Positions 49,585 through 59,077 are shown, counted from the stretch's first letter. The stretch: 64,000 bases of DNA from an uncultured virus (IMG/VR IMGVR_UViG_2667528152_000001) (IMGVR_UViG_2667528152_000001); one strand, 5' to 3'. The notes: generated by a model from the sequence alone, not told the origin. Translations and numbers: made by a program.

Positions 49585-49743
49585 TCATAACTCACCTCTC
49601 AAAAAATACTCTGCATCACTTTTAGCGATTAAGCTATCACGATAAGCAATAGCTTCGTCTTTAGTCTTAAACTCTTTGTCTTTATAAACAGTAGGCAACA
49701 CTCGTCCGCCGATGTGATCGTAAACCCTAACTACGTGTGTCAT
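49585..49743 (-). CDS. Small phage protein, 52 aa
   Basis: MTHVVRVYDHIGG...KEFKTKDEAIAY. Confidence 0.55.
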   Translation of the reverse strand: MTHVVRVYDHIGGRVLPTVYKDKEFKTKDEAIAYRDSLIAKSDAEYFLRGEL

Positions 49744-50023
49744 TTGCATTCTCCGTTTTCTCTAGCCAAATTGCTAGCATTGTGCAATAATTAGCCATGT
49801 CATTTAACGTGTCTGACAGGCTTTCTGAAACGTTTTTATCACTGCTTATAAGATTATATAGTCTATTGTATTTATCGCTTATACGTACGATACCAGCAAT
49901 AAATCCGAAGTCATTTAAAGACTTTTCGAACGAGTTCCCATAATCTGCATTTTTAGCTAAAAACATTTGATAATTTTCGTTGTATGCAGCTTGCATACTC
50001 TCTGCGTTTATTTTATCTGCCAT
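49727..50023 (-). CDS. DUF1599/nucleotide-modification-associated protein
   Basis: KNADYGNSF, RISDKYNRL and DTLNDMANY. Confidence 0.8.
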   Translation of the reverse strand: MADKINAESMQAAYNENYQMFLAKNADYGNSFEKSLNDFGFIAGIVRISDKYNRLYNLISSDKNVSESLSDTLNDMANYCTMLAIWLEKTENANDTRS

Positions 50024-50034
50024 ACTATACCTCC

Positions 50035-50379
50035 TCAGAAAGTCATTGCTGCGTACATCAATCGCTTAACTTTCTTGTAATGGTCTAACTTTGTACCTCT
50101 GTGCTTTTTGTTTAACTTTATAAAAATATCAGTTTCATGGCTGTTTGGGTTGTGATACTCTCTGTATGATTTAAGATACATCTGTACATAAGTGTCTTCG
50201 TCAAAATAATCTTTAAACGCCTCAATTACATAAGGGCGTGGCAATGTTTTTCTACGCTTGTTATTTGAGATATTTAATCTTAGGCGTTCTGATGTTTCAT
50301 CATCTAAATTTAACTCTTTGACACGTCTCAAAACACTGCCATTAAAGAGATTATAAAATTTATCCGTTAGTTCGTTCAT
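50035..50379 (-). CDS. Hypothetical phage protein
   Basis: Coupled ORF in the early operon. Confidence 0.65.
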   Translation of the reverse strand: MNELTDKFYNLFNGSVLRRVKELNLDDETSERLRLNISNNKRRKTLPRPYVIEAFKDYFDEDTYVQMYLKSYREYHNPNSHETDIFIKLNKKHRGTKLDHYKKVKRLMYAAMTF

Positions 50380-50857
50380 CTATTTCCTCAATTTTTACTT
50401 TTATTCTAGGGTTTGGACTATACTTTTTTGTTGCTCTTAAGTCACATACAATATTATCGTCTGACCAGACAATCCCCGATTTTTGTATTTTGTCATAACC
50501 CGCGTCTGAAATACTATCAAAAACAGCTTTAACTAGGTTATCAATATCAGGCTTCTTTACGTGCCATATAAGCTCGTTTATAAATTTTTGATATATTTGT
50601 ACGGTTTTACTTTTTGAGCGTGCCGTAGGCTCTTTTATTAGCGTTTGTGGCGCTCTCATGTAAAACGTGACATCTACTTTTACACAGTTATCAAAAAATG
50701 GCCCATTATAGTTTTTTTCAATCCAACCAGTGACTTGTTTTCTCCACTTTTTCATTTTAGGGTCTTCATACGTTCCCCACTTGCTAAATTTTGGTCTTGT
50801 TTGTGGTTTTGGCTCTACTGGTATCTCAAACTCTGTTTTAAAATTCAATTTCTTCAA
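50360..50857 (-). CDS. rusA: RusA Holliday junction resolvase
   Basis: KPQTRPKF, KPDIDNLVKAVFD and WSDDNIV. Confidence 0.9.
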   Translation of the reverse strand: MKKLNFKTEFEIPVEPKPQTRPKFSKWGTYEDPKMKKWRKQVTGWIEKNYNGPFFDNCVKVDVTFYMRAPQTLIKEPTARSKSKTVQIYQKFINELIWHVKKPDIDNLVKAVFDSISDAGYDKIQKSGIVWSDDNIVCDLRATKKYSPNPRIKVKIEEIDERTNG

Positions 50858-51038
50858 CTCCTACAAAAATAGCGATTCTTTTTGAGCTAGGTCTAGCTTG
50901 ATAAGATTTAGTCATGTACTGTTCTATGGTTGCTTTTTTGATACCAAGCCGTGCTGATAACTCTTCTTTTGTGCCAACGTCGACAAACTTGTCGTCGTCA
51001 TATATTGCATATATCCTTTGCTTCCGCGGCTTCGTCAT
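50838..51038 (-). CDS. Small HTH-like phage protein
   Basis: YAIYDDDKFVDVGTKEELSARLGIK. Confidence 0.7.
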   Translation of the reverse strand: MTKPRKQRIYAIYDDDKFVDVGTKEELSARLGIKKATIEQYMTKSYQARPSSKRIAIFVGVEEIEF

Positions 51039-51040
51039 AT

Positions 51041-51457
51041 TTAGAATGGTAAGTCATCATCTGAAATATCCATTTTGTTGGCATTGCCAAAATGAGAATT
51101 AGAACTATTGCCGCTTTGATTAGTCTGTTGTTGGCTATTGCGACTTTCTAATAATTGGAAATTTTCCGCAACAACTTCTGTTACATAGATACGTTGCCCT
51201 TGCTGATTTTCGTAATTGCGTGTCTGAATGTGCCCTGTGATACCGATTAAAGTCCCTTTTTTAGCCCAGTTTGCTAGATTTTCAGCAGATTGTCGCCAGA
51301 TAACACAATTAATGAAGTCCGTCTCTCGCTCTCCGTTTTGCTCTTTGAATCTGCGGTTAACTGCAAGTGTAAACGTAGCTACAGCTACTTGACTTGGCGT
51401 GTGACGAAGTTCGGCATCCTTGGTCATGCGACCTACAAGTACAATATTATTAATCAT
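51041..51457 (-). CDS. ssb: Single-stranded DNA-binding protein
   Basis: [16 protein letters not shown] and terminal DDDLPF. Confidence 0.95.
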   Translation of the reverse strand: MINNIVLVGRMTKDAELRHTPSQVAVATFTLAVNRRFKEQNGERETDFINCVIWRQSAENLANWAKKGTLIGITGHIQTRNYENQQGQRIYVTEVVAENFQLLESRNSQQQTNQSGNSSNSHFGNANKMDISDDDLPF

Positions 51458-52124
51458 TTTTTAGTCCTGCTTTCTTTTTGAGTTTATTGATTAATTCGTC
51501 TGCCGAAACAATGTGTTCCGTATGCAAATTTTCCAGTGTCCCCACTTTTAAAGTATCGGTTAGCCATTTTGTTAACTCTTCAACGTTTTGGTTTGTGGCT
51601 TTCGCAATATCATTTAAATCAGACTTGTAAGTCTCGACTTGGATATTGCTTATTTTAGGAGTTTTAGAGGTTGTCGGTCGGGAGGTTTTTTGTTCTTTGC
51701 GTTGCGTATCTTCTGTAACAATCGCATCTACATCTTCCTCACCAATTCCAAACAGCCCTTGCAAGGCATACTTACCTGCGTACGAACTCACTGCACCAGT
51801 CCATTGCGGAACTTGCATTTGTTGTATTTGTTTAGGTTCTCCTGTTTTATAGTCTTTAGTATTTAAAACAGGCACACTGTCCAACTCAGCATATCTTGTC
51901 GCTTGGTGTTGTTCATCACCAAGTCTAGCTGTTGCTGTTGCTTTGATAAAAATTCTGCCGATCAATTCCACCAATTCGTCAGATACCGTTAACTCCCACC
52001 CGCTATTTAGTGTTTTAAAGTGTGTAAAAATATCTTCTGCATTGCGAAATGTATATTTAACGCCTTGTTTTGTTGTTTTTGTTATTTGCATTTTTGTCTG
52101 CAATTCTGCAAAAGTCATGCTCAT
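51450..52124 (-). CDS. ERF-family ssDNA annealing protein
   Basis: YTFRNAEDI and [21 protein letters not shown]. Confidence 0.85.
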   Translation of the reverse strand: MSMTFAELQTKMQITKTTKQGVKYTFRNAEDIFTHFKTLNSGWELTVSDELVELIGRIFIKATATARLGDEQHQATRYAELDSVPVLNTKDYKTGEPKQIQQMQVPQWTGAVSSYAGKYALQGLFGIGEEDVDAIVTEDTQRKEQKTSRPTTSKTPKISNIQVETYKSDLNDIAKATNQNVEELTKWLTDTLKVGTLENLHTEHIVSADELINKLKKKAGLKND

Positions 52125-52607
52125 CTACTTCACCTGTAAACTTTCTGTTTCGATTAGTTGAACTCCAGATATATCAATTCCAGATTTTAAAACTTTTGAG
52201 ATTTCATCTTTTTTTGGTTTGTATTCAACTTTTTCTTGCATGTATTCAAAAGGTATTTTTGTTTCGTCCAAAACCTCAACCTTCTTACTTTTTCGCAAAG
52301 ATACTTTAAACATTCCAGCATCAACTTTTTTCTTTTGACTTAAGTCCATTGCTAGCCTAATTGTATCTTTGTATTTTTCCGCTTTGGCTTCTGCTTGCTT
52401 TTGCTTTTTGTAAAAAGTTTCTTTTTCGTTTTTGTACATTTCAATATCAGCTTGTGTATTTTTTAACATCTTTACAAAATATTCAATATTATTCTCTAAA
52501 TCTGATTGAAAATCGATGCTATCCAAAGTGTCTTGAAATGTTTCATCATCAAGATCCATAGCTGATAATTGCGCATAAATACCCTGTAACTCGTATAAAT
52601 AAGCCAT
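52125..52607 (-). CDS. Siphovirus Gp157 family protein
   Basis: LYEL...DTLDSI, FKVSLRKS and terminal ESLQVK. Confidence 0.85.
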   Translation of the reverse strand: MAYLYELQGIYAQLSAMDLDDETFQDTLDSIDFQSDLENNIEYFVKMLKNTQADIEMYKNEKETFYKKQKQAEAKAEKYKDTIRLAMDLSQKKKVDAGMFKVSLRKSKKVEVLDETKIPFEYMQEKVEYKPKKDEISKVLKSGIDISGVQLIETESLQVK

Positions 52608-52856
52608 TTATTTCCTCTTTCTATGTTTCAATTGCCAATTTTCGGCTTTTAATCTCTTCAACTGTTTCTTTAACTCTATATTTTCTTCAGCTACTAATTT
52701 CAAATCTGGTCTATTTTCCAAAGTCAATCCTCCCTCTGCGCAGTCTTAACTGCCTGTATTCTTCAATTTTTTTATTTCGACTAGTTTCATCTAGAGCCAT
52801 AATTCTTGCTACATGCTCTTCTGATAAGCCAAAAAATGTTGTTAATGTTAGTTCCA

Positions 52857-53699
52857 TCAGAACCTCTTACTTTCTGCATTATCTGGATATTTAAAAATAT
52901 TGTTTTTTGCACCTTTGATTATGCGATCGACAAAAGCAGCATCGTAGATTTTCATAAGCTCAGCTCTACTAAAATTTGTATTAATGATAGTATTTGTCCG
53001 ATTATCCAAAATATTAAATAAAAACGTATATGTCCAACCGCTAGCAGATTTAATGGTGTTACCTGTGGTTGACTCCTTGCCTAAGTCATCAAGTATCAGA
53101 TAATCACAATTGATGAGAAGCTTTGACATTCTTTCTTGCGAATATTTGCTATTTTTTTTATCGTCATAATCGAATGTATCTTTGACTAGTCCGGACAACA
53201 AAGGTACCGAAACAAATATCACACTCTTTGATTGATTGTAAGATTTAAACATCTCGTTAATATTTTTAGCAATACTCATAGACAAGTGGCTCTTGCCAAC
53301 CCCTGGAGGTCCTTGTAAGAGGGAGTTACCTTCCATTCCTTTAACATAATCTCTGGTGATTCGTTTGGCATAGTTTAGCGCTTTTGTATCTACAGCACTA
53401 TGTTCCTTGTAGTTTTTCAACGTAGCACTAGCAATTTCCTTTGATAAAACGCTCTCTTTATAAAACACTTTATAACCCTTAGCTAGCAACGACTGGTTGT
53501 TGTACGCAATGTCAACCGCATTACTTTTCGTTTGGATATACTCTGTTGTACATTGCCAACAAAATTCTGTTTCTCTATTGCCATGATTTGGCATTTTCCT
53601 AGCATAAATTGGCATCTCGTGCTTTTCGCATATTTTCCCAGTATCTCTAATAATGCCATTCTCGAGCATGCTCTCTCTTGTCATTAACCCAAAAGCCAT
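52857..53699 (-). CDS. DnaC/IstB-like helicase loader ATPase
   Basis: CEKH/CWQC zinc motif, GPPGVGKS, LILDDLG and TIINTN. Confidence 0.9.
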   Translation of the reverse strand: MAFGLMTRESMLENGIIRDTGKICEKHEMPIYARKMPNHGNRETEFCWQCTTEYIQTKSNAVDIAYNNQSLLAKGYKVFYKESVLSKEIASATLKNYKEHSAVDTKALNYAKRITRDYVKGMEGNSLLQGPPGVGKSHLSMSIAKNINEMFKSYNQSKSVIFVSVPLLSGLVKDTFDYDDKKNSKYSQERMSKLLINCDYLILDDLGKESTTGNTIKSASGWTYTFLFNILDNRTNTIINTNFSRAELMKIYDAAFVDRIIKGAKNNIFKYPDNAESKRF

Positions 53700-53708
53700 A
53701 GATACCTC

Positions 53709-54623
53709 CTAAAATCCATATTTCGGATCTGGTTTCTTAAGCTCATCTAACTCAGCTTGCGAAAATCGTTGGCCTTGTTGCTTCTGGTAATAATCACTTT
53801 TAGCAACTTCTGGCTGATTGAGATAGCTCTCAAACTTGCTAGCATTAAACAAGGTTGATGGCCTGAGATATTTTTCCATGTCAGAATTTACCCACTCGCT
53901 GCATTTTTTATCTATGACAGCTTTGAAATCTTCTAAAGTATAACTATCTTTTAGTCTCGCTTTGACTAAATCTGTGTTTGTTTTTACAAACTTATAGTTA
54001 GAGTTCATTTTTTGGTTGAGATAAGCTATTGGGATACGATAATCAAAATTTTTGGGATTACCTTTTTTGACTTGTTCGACATATTTCTCTTCTAACCAGT
54101 CTGGAAAGAGATATTCAGTCGGGCTCTGCTCGACAATATATTCTTTCTCTTTATCTAACTCTCTCTCTTTATCTTTCTTTTTCTCTATATCTATCTCTAT
54201 CTCTGTTGGACATTGGTTGGACATTGGTTGGACATCGGTTGGAATTTGTCCAATTTTTCTAGTTTCTCGTTTATATTTTGCCCAGTTCGTCTCGCTTTCC
54301 AGCATAGCTTTAGCTTGGGGCATTTGTGCGTTACCGCTACCGTCTATCTGGATTAGACCGCATTTTGTGAAGTAAGCTAATGTCATATTGATATCGTCTT
54401 CAGACACCTCTAACTTGATGGCAAGCTCTTCTACCAAATTATCAAAGTATCCTTCGTAATATAAAATGCAGTCTGTTTCTAAACTTTCTAGCATCAAACG
54501 AATATACAAGACTGTCATAGTGTCTCCGCCAGCCATCTTTTTTAAACGTTTGATAAAAATATTTTCAAAAAACTTCTTGTCGAACTTTAGCCAAAAGTAG
54601 ATTTTAGTTTTTTCTTTACCCAA
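53709..54623 (-). CDS. Phage replisome organizer/initiator
   Basis: YFWLKFDKKFF N-terminus and YLRPSTLFNASKFESYLNQ C-terminus. Confidence 0.9.
   Translation of the reverse strand: MGKEKTKIYFWLKFDKKFFENIFIKRLKKMAGGDTMTVLYIRLMLESLETDCILYYEGYFDNLVEELAIKLEVSEDDINMTLAYFTKCGLIQIDGSGNAQMPQAKAMLESETNWAKYKRETRKIGQIPTDVQPMSNQCPTEIEIDIEKKKDKERELDKEKEYIVEQSPTEYLFPDWLEEKYVEQVKKGNPKNFDYRIPIAYLNQKMNSNYKFVKTNTDLVKARLKDSYTLEDFKAVIDKKCSEWVNSDMEKYLRPSTLFNASKFESYLNQPEVAKSDYYQKQQGQRFSQAELDELKKPDPKYGF
54204..54253. repeat. Iteron-like repeats (probable phage ori) inside the initiator gene
   Basis: Tandem gttggacattg-like repeats ending in an inverted tgtccaa, next to a purine/pyrimidine-skewed tract. Confidence 0.7.
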
Positions 54624-54739
54624 TTTATCCTCCTAACTTGCAGTCCACTAGTGTGATAAAGTAGTTCAACTTCGCTTTATCTCTTGTTTCTAGTTTGCTT
54701 TTGTCAATCTGTTTTAGTAAGTAGTTAACGCATATTTTT

Positions 54740-55180
54740 TTAATCATCTTCTAGTACCAATCCCTCTAATCGCTTATCATAGCTAGACACAAACCACTCT
54801 TTTAATTGATTGTAAAGTTCTATTGCTTGGTCGTATTCCTCAGGCAATACTTCCTTATTTTGACTTTTACCAAAGACATTTAAGACAAGCAAACGAATAT
54901 GGTTGTGCACGTCATGTGTTGTAATTTTGCTATAACTAATCTCGTTGTCCACACCAAAAACTTTTGGTGTCTGATTGAAGACGTGTTTTTCTGGTTTATA
55001 AGCACGTTCACGATTTAATTTCTTGAGTACTTTTGGGTATTTATTGTTGATCGGAATTAACTCATCATCAAAGCCGACATCTTTAAATAGCCCCTGTGGT
55101 GTGCGTTTTTCTTTCGCTTGTTTCATGCGCTCGGCTACTAATTCATTCAATTCTTCTTCAGTTAATGTGTAAGTTTTCAT
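54740..55180 (-). CDS. Hypothetical phage protein
   Basis: MKTYTLTEEEL...; SD aggagg. Confidence 0.7.
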   Translation of the reverse strand: MKTYTLTEEELNELVAERMKQAKEKRTPQGLFKDVGFDDELIPINNKYPKVLKKLNRERAYKPEKHVFNQTPKVFGVDNEISYSKITTHDVHNHIRLLVLNVFGKSQNKEVLPEEYDQAIELYNQLKEWFVSSYDKRLEGLVLEDD

Positions 55181-55356
55181 ACAGTCCTCCTGCGAATTTG
55201 AGGCACACAAAAAGCGTACCTATAAATTTGAGTTGCACAAATACAGGTACGCTGTTATAATATAAGCGTATCCTGTATTCTTCTTGAATATGGGTGCGTT
55301 TGGCACTGCGTAACTAATCGGATTGGCGTTTGAGTAGTTACGTGGTGTTTTTTTGT

Positions 55357-55527
55357 TTACCCTTTTAGCTCATTATAGACTTTTTCGAGCCCTTCCATGA
55401 GGATATCGGTTTTGCTTTTTCCAGTCTTTTCGGTACAAAAATCAAGCATTTCTACCTCATTTTTTGAAGCTCTGACACCGATATACTTATCCCTTGGATT
55501 GCTAGTAGGTCGCCCCATTTTTGCCAA
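55357..55527 (-). CDS. Ribbon-helix-helix (CopG-like) regulator, 56 aa
   Basis: MAKMGRPTSNPRDKYIGVRASKNEVEMLDFCTEKTGKSKTDILMEGLEKVY. Confidence 0.75.
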   Translation of the reverse strand: MAKMGRPTSNPRDKYIGVRASKNEVEMLDFCTEKTGKSKTDILMEGLEKVYNELKG

Positions 55528-55536
55528 ATCTGTCAC

Positions 55537-55620
55537 CTATCGAAAACTCAAGGCAAGATTTAACAATTGCAAGACAATTAAAATCCCTAACAAAATTTCA
55601 GTTCTTTTTTCGTGCTTCAT
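55537..55620 (-). CDS. 27-aa hydrophobic peptide
   Basis: MKHEKRTEILLGILIVLQLLNLALSFR. Confidence 0.5.
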   Translation of the reverse strand: MKHEKRTEILLGILIVLQLLNLALSFR

Positions 55621-55698
55621 TTGCTAGCCTGTAGGAGCTATGTTATAATCGAAGTACACGAAACCACCGAGGGCTTTCGCCCTCTGGTTTCGTTGCTT

Positions 55699-55806
55699 TT
55701 AGAGAAGTTCTCGTATGAATCTGATTATTTCTATGATTATGCCGATAATCACAAATTTATCAGTCAGCGAGAGCTTTTCTTTTTGCTTAGTTTTTCGACT
55801 TCGCAT
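55699..55806 (-). CDS. 35-aa basic/hydrophobic peptide (type I toxin-like)
   Basis: MRSRKTKQKEKLSLTDKFVIIGIIIEIIRFIRELL. Confidence 0.65.
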   Translation of the reverse strand: MRSRKTKQKEKLSLTDKFVIIGIIIEIIRFIRELL

Positions 55807-55856
55807 AGCTCCGTTTCCTTTCCGTTGGATTTAGTTAATTCCTTAACCATGATTTA

Positions 55857-55901
55857 ATTATAACTTATGTTTAAACAAATGTCAATGGTTTTGTTTAAAC
55901 A
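55857..55901 (-). promoter_or_regulatory. SigA promoter with two palindromic operators
   Basis: TTGACA-17-TATAAT; TGTTTAAACA at 55868-55877 and 55892-55901. Confidence 0.8.
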
Positions 55902-56091
55902 TTTTTAAATATTTTTCTTTCTCTCAAAACAGCCCTAAAATCACTTCTGAGACAGTCTGTTATCTAGACATACATTTTACCGTTCTTGTCATCAGAAGCT
56001 ATCAGGATTGAAATCTCGTAGCTTTTAGAAGCTTTAAATGCTATAATACTACTCGGCACTACTACACCGCCTTAGATTGGAGGTGAGAACC

Positions 56092-56184
56092 ATGTGCGAA
56101 ATATTCTTCACAACAATCATCGCACCATTATTGGTCGGCATCGTCTTGTTGCTAGTCCAAAAGTGGCTAGACAACGATGATTAG
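56092..56184 (+). CDS. fst: Fst-family type I toxin, 30 aa
   Basis: MCEIFFTTIIAPLLVGIVLLLVQKWLDNDD (APxxVG...W motif); TGcTATAAT promoter upstream. Confidence 0.9.
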   Translation: MCEIFFTTIIAPLLVGIVLLLVQKWLDNDD

Positions 56185-56199
56185 TGTCTTCTAGGAAAC

Positions 56200-56275
56200 T
56201 AGAAAAATCCCCTAGTATTTGCGGTACTAGGGGATTTCTTTTTGGCACTAAATGTGCTAAATATTCTTCACTTCC
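56200..56275 (-). ncRNA. RNAII-like antitoxin of the Fst locus
   Basis: Convergent TTGATA-17-TATACT promoter (56281-56309); shared bidirectional terminator atcccctagta/tactaggggat; ggcacta repeated at 56055 and 56243. Confidence 0.7.
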
Positions 56276-56461
56276 CCTAAAGTATACTACGAAAAAAACG
56301 AAATATCAAGAAAAAATACACTTTAACCGTATTAAAACGGAAATTTGTAAAATATATTTTACTCCAACGCACCCATATTCAGTTGTCAAAGGACTATGTA
56401 TTTCCTACCAAACCTGCTTACCAGGCAAACCATCTAGTTCCTAATTAAAATTGGATTCCAT

Positions 56462-56608
56462 TCATCCATGTTTCAAACCTTTCATATAATTATGAAAATC
56501 ATCATAAGCTTTCGCACCAACTTCCCAGCCGTGTGTTTCAATTGTCCTTTTTGGTTTTGGTTCTTCTTTTTTTGGTTTTGTAAAAATAAAGTTAAATAAT
56601 TTTTTCAT
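56462..56608 (-). CDS. Small phage protein
   Basis: MKKLFNFIFTKPKKEEPK. Confidence 0.55.
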   Translation of the reverse strand: MKKLFNFIFTKPKKEEPKPKRTIETHGWEVGAKAYDDFHNYMKGLKHG

Positions 56609-56822
56609 TTTGTAATTTTCTCCATTCTTCAAATTTTTTAACTTTTGTTGAACGACCGCCAACCTTGTCAATGTATTTGCGATAATTTCTGTCTTTGTAC
56701 ATCTTTCTTAGTAATCGCTGCGTTTGGTCAAATGACTTTCCAATAAATTCGGATAAGTCGTTATCATTAAGCCAAAGCTCTTCGTAAGGTACTTCGATAC
56801 CGCTTTTAAGTTTTGCTAGCAT
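56592..56822 (-). CDS. Excisionase-like small DNA-binding protein
   Basis: wHTH-like pattern ending KKFEEWR; early operon position. Confidence 0.5.
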   Translation of the reverse strand: MLAKLKSGIEVPYEELWLNDNDLSEFIGKSFDQTQRLLRKMYKDRNYRKYIDKVGGRSTKVKKFEEWRKLQNEKII

Positions 56823-56927
56823 ATTGTTTCCTTTCTGTGATATAATTAAGTAAATTAAGTTTGTTTTGAGTCCGATTCCCGTCGGACTTTTTTAGTGGTA
56901 TAATCATCTCGAAAGGAGGTGATTATA

Positions 56928-57236
56928 ATGAACGACGTTTTAAAAACTAATCTTATTGCAGATGTCGCTATTTTTTCGGAAAAAAGCAATTGTAAGCTTA
57001 ATGTGATTACAGCGAGTGGAATATTCACTGGAACTTTATTACCTGAAAATCCTGATAAAGCCAAGTATGCTCATGTCCTTGAATTCTTGGAATATCGTAA
57101 AGAAAATAAAGATGACAACGAAAGATTTATGTTGCTTGTTGATGCTACTTTGTCAACATCAAAAGAATCTACTTTGAACCTTCCATTTGTTGTTCTGTTT
57201 ATTGACCAGATAATCGGCGTATCTTCTGTTCAGTAG
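56928..57236 (+). CDS. Hypothetical moron (possible Sm/Hfq-like fold)
   Basis: Own TGgTATAAT plus SD; VITASGIFTGTL...VVLFIDQIIGVS. Confidence 0.6.
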   Translation: MNDVLKTNLIADVAIFSEKSNCKLNVITASGIFTGTLLPENPDKAKYAHVLEFLEYRKENKDDNERFMLLVDATLSTSKESTLNLPFVVLFIDQIIGVSSVQ

Positions 57237-57471
57237 TTAGCGTATTACTTAACTTTTCAGAATCTACTGTTACCACAGTAGGTTCTTTTAATTCTGCTAG
57301 GATTTCTTTTAGTGTTTGGTTTATTTCTTTTAAAATAGTAATCATGTTCTTTCTCCTTAGTGATATACACTTTGATTTTGTATGAACGCTCCATAGTATG
57401 GATTTCGTTCTTGCTGTTCAGCAAATGATGGCAACTCATTTAAAACAAGCTTTCGAACAGCAGCGCAAAAA

Positions 57472-57630
57472 TTAACTATCATGACCGATATCCTCTTCTG
57501 AAGGTGTCGGTATTTGTTTGGCAATAATCTCAACGGCAATTTTTATGCCGGTTAAGAAACCTTTTCCATAGTCAGAACCTAAAAATTCTAAGATATTTTC
57601 AGTGATCAACTGCTTGATGTCTTCTTCCAT
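57472..57630 (-). CDS. Small phage protein, 52 aa
   Basis: MEEDIKQLITENILEFLGSDYGKGFLTGIKIAVEII. Confidence 0.55.
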   Translation of the reverse strand: MEEDIKQLITENILEFLGSDYGKGFLTGIKIAVEIIAKQIPTPSEEDIGHDS

Positions 57631-57662
57631 TCTTTTCTCCCTTCGTTAGTTTTGTTCCTTTC

Positions 57663-58118
57663 TTACCCAATCAGTTCAAGTTCAGTCTGTTTGTTCAACA
57701 GATTAATTTTTCGTTTAGTATTCGTGCACGGTTCCCACATAGCGATATATTCAAGCGCCTCTTCTTTCTTAGATTTAGACAATTCAGCGTAGCTATTGAG
57801 ATCAAATTCTGCTTTGAAATCAAGTTCCATTTCTCGGAATACTTCACTTGAAAAACGATGCTTTCTGCCTTCCTCGTCTACTTTAAAGGTTTTATAAGCT
57901 TTTGCAGATTTTCCGCCCATACAATCAATGACACGTTTACGACGTTTTTTAGTAATCATATTAATAATTCCAGGATGTAAATAAGATGTATCCATGATTT
58001 CTTGAATATCATTCTGCGCTTGCAATAATCCTTTTTCTAAGTTATCAACCTTTTCTAAAGTCACTGTCTGCATTTTTGACATTTCAATCAGTTGTTGAGT
58101 TGTTGTTAGTTCATTCAT
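57663..58118 (-). CDS. ORF6C-domain protein
   Basis: KRVIDCMGGK, FKAEFDLNSYAEL and ALEYIAMWEP. Confidence 0.8.
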   Translation of the reverse strand: MNELTTTQQLIEMSKMQTVTLEKVDNLEKGLLQAQNDIQEIMDTSYLHPGIINMITKKRRKRVIDCMGGKSAKAYKTFKVDEEGRKHRFSSEVFREMELDFKAEFDLNSYAELSKSKKEEALEYIAMWEPCTNTKRKINLLNKQTELELIG

Positions 58119-59038
58119 AAGACTTCTCCTTCTAAAATTTCAGTGTTCTTACGCTTCATATCAAGGTCATTAAAGAGCTTTAGACCTCTATCGACCAAGC
58201 TATCGAACTCTTGCTTAATAAGCCCGTCACGCTGGATATAGTGCGTTTCATCAGCATAGATAAGTCCGCTCATTTCAAGTAATAGCAAATCGCCTTTTTT
58301 GAGTAGTTCAGTGATATTCTTGTATGATGCAATCTTCTTTTGATAGCTATTGAGTTTACCTTCTGACTGTTTAATCGCTTCTGTTAGCTCATCATACTTA
58401 GCTGATTTATGATTGACCTCATCACGCTTAGCATAGAATTCTTTAAGTTGACTTTTTAAATACTCCTCGTGCTGCAAGGCATCATCAACCATCTTACTTA
58501 GTTCTTTATTCTTGCCAAGCAAAGTCTGATTAAGTTGCTTAGTGCTTTCATAATCATCTGGAATAACTTCTTTGATAACTTCTTTTTCAACGATTTTAGC
58601 ACTCAAGGCTTGCTCTGCTAAATTCTCTTTTTGTTGCTCTAAACGGGCATTTTCTGATTTTAAGCGGTTGTTTTCTCGCTTGATTTCTTGCAACTCTCTG
58701 ACAGTTGGGTTATCGCCACTTTCAATCCGTTCAATCTGTTCCTGCTTTTGCTCGTCTGGTAGGGTGGCTATGAGGTAGAGGGCTGACATCCCTAAATCGT
58801 TCAACGTTGAACGATTTGAAGTTAGTTCTTCTGCAATTGCCATCATTTTTCTAGCGCTACTTGGTTCAATCCTAATACTGTCTAACCATTTTTCAAATTG
58901 TCCATGAGATAAATCATTTTCTTTTACATGCTTTATCCTCATTCCTATTTCAAAAATTGATTGTCCTGCAAGTCTTTTAAAGCCGATTATCTCGCTTGAT
59001 ATAACTTGCAAATCATTTGATAATGCTGGTTCCTTCAT
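58115..59038 (-). CDS. DUF3102-domain protein
   Basis: AGQSIFEIGMRIKHVKENDLSHGQFEKWL and PTVRELQE. Confidence 0.8.
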   Translation of the reverse strand: MKEPALSNDLQVISSEIIGFKRLAGQSIFEIGMRIKHVKENDLSHGQFEKWLDSIRIEPSSARKMMAIAEELTSNRSTLNDLGMSALYLIATLPDEQKQEQIERIESGDNPTVRELQEIKRENNRLKSENARLEQQKENLAEQALSAKIVEKEVIKEVIPDDYESTKQLNQTLLGKNKELSKMVDDALQHEEYLKSQLKEFYAKRDEVNHKSAKYDELTEAIKQSEGKLNSYQKKIASYKNITELLKKGDLLLLEMSGLIYADETHYIQRDGLIKQEFDSLVDRGLKLFNDLDMKRKNTEILEGEVL

Positions 59039-59077
59039 GTCGTCCTTTCTAGTATTGTGTTATTTTTGTCAACTTTT

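Noticed and set aside
52608..52800. Two tiny ORFs (29 and 37 aa) between the dnaC-like gene and gp157
   Set aside because: They look like deletion remnants, and I cannot support a function.
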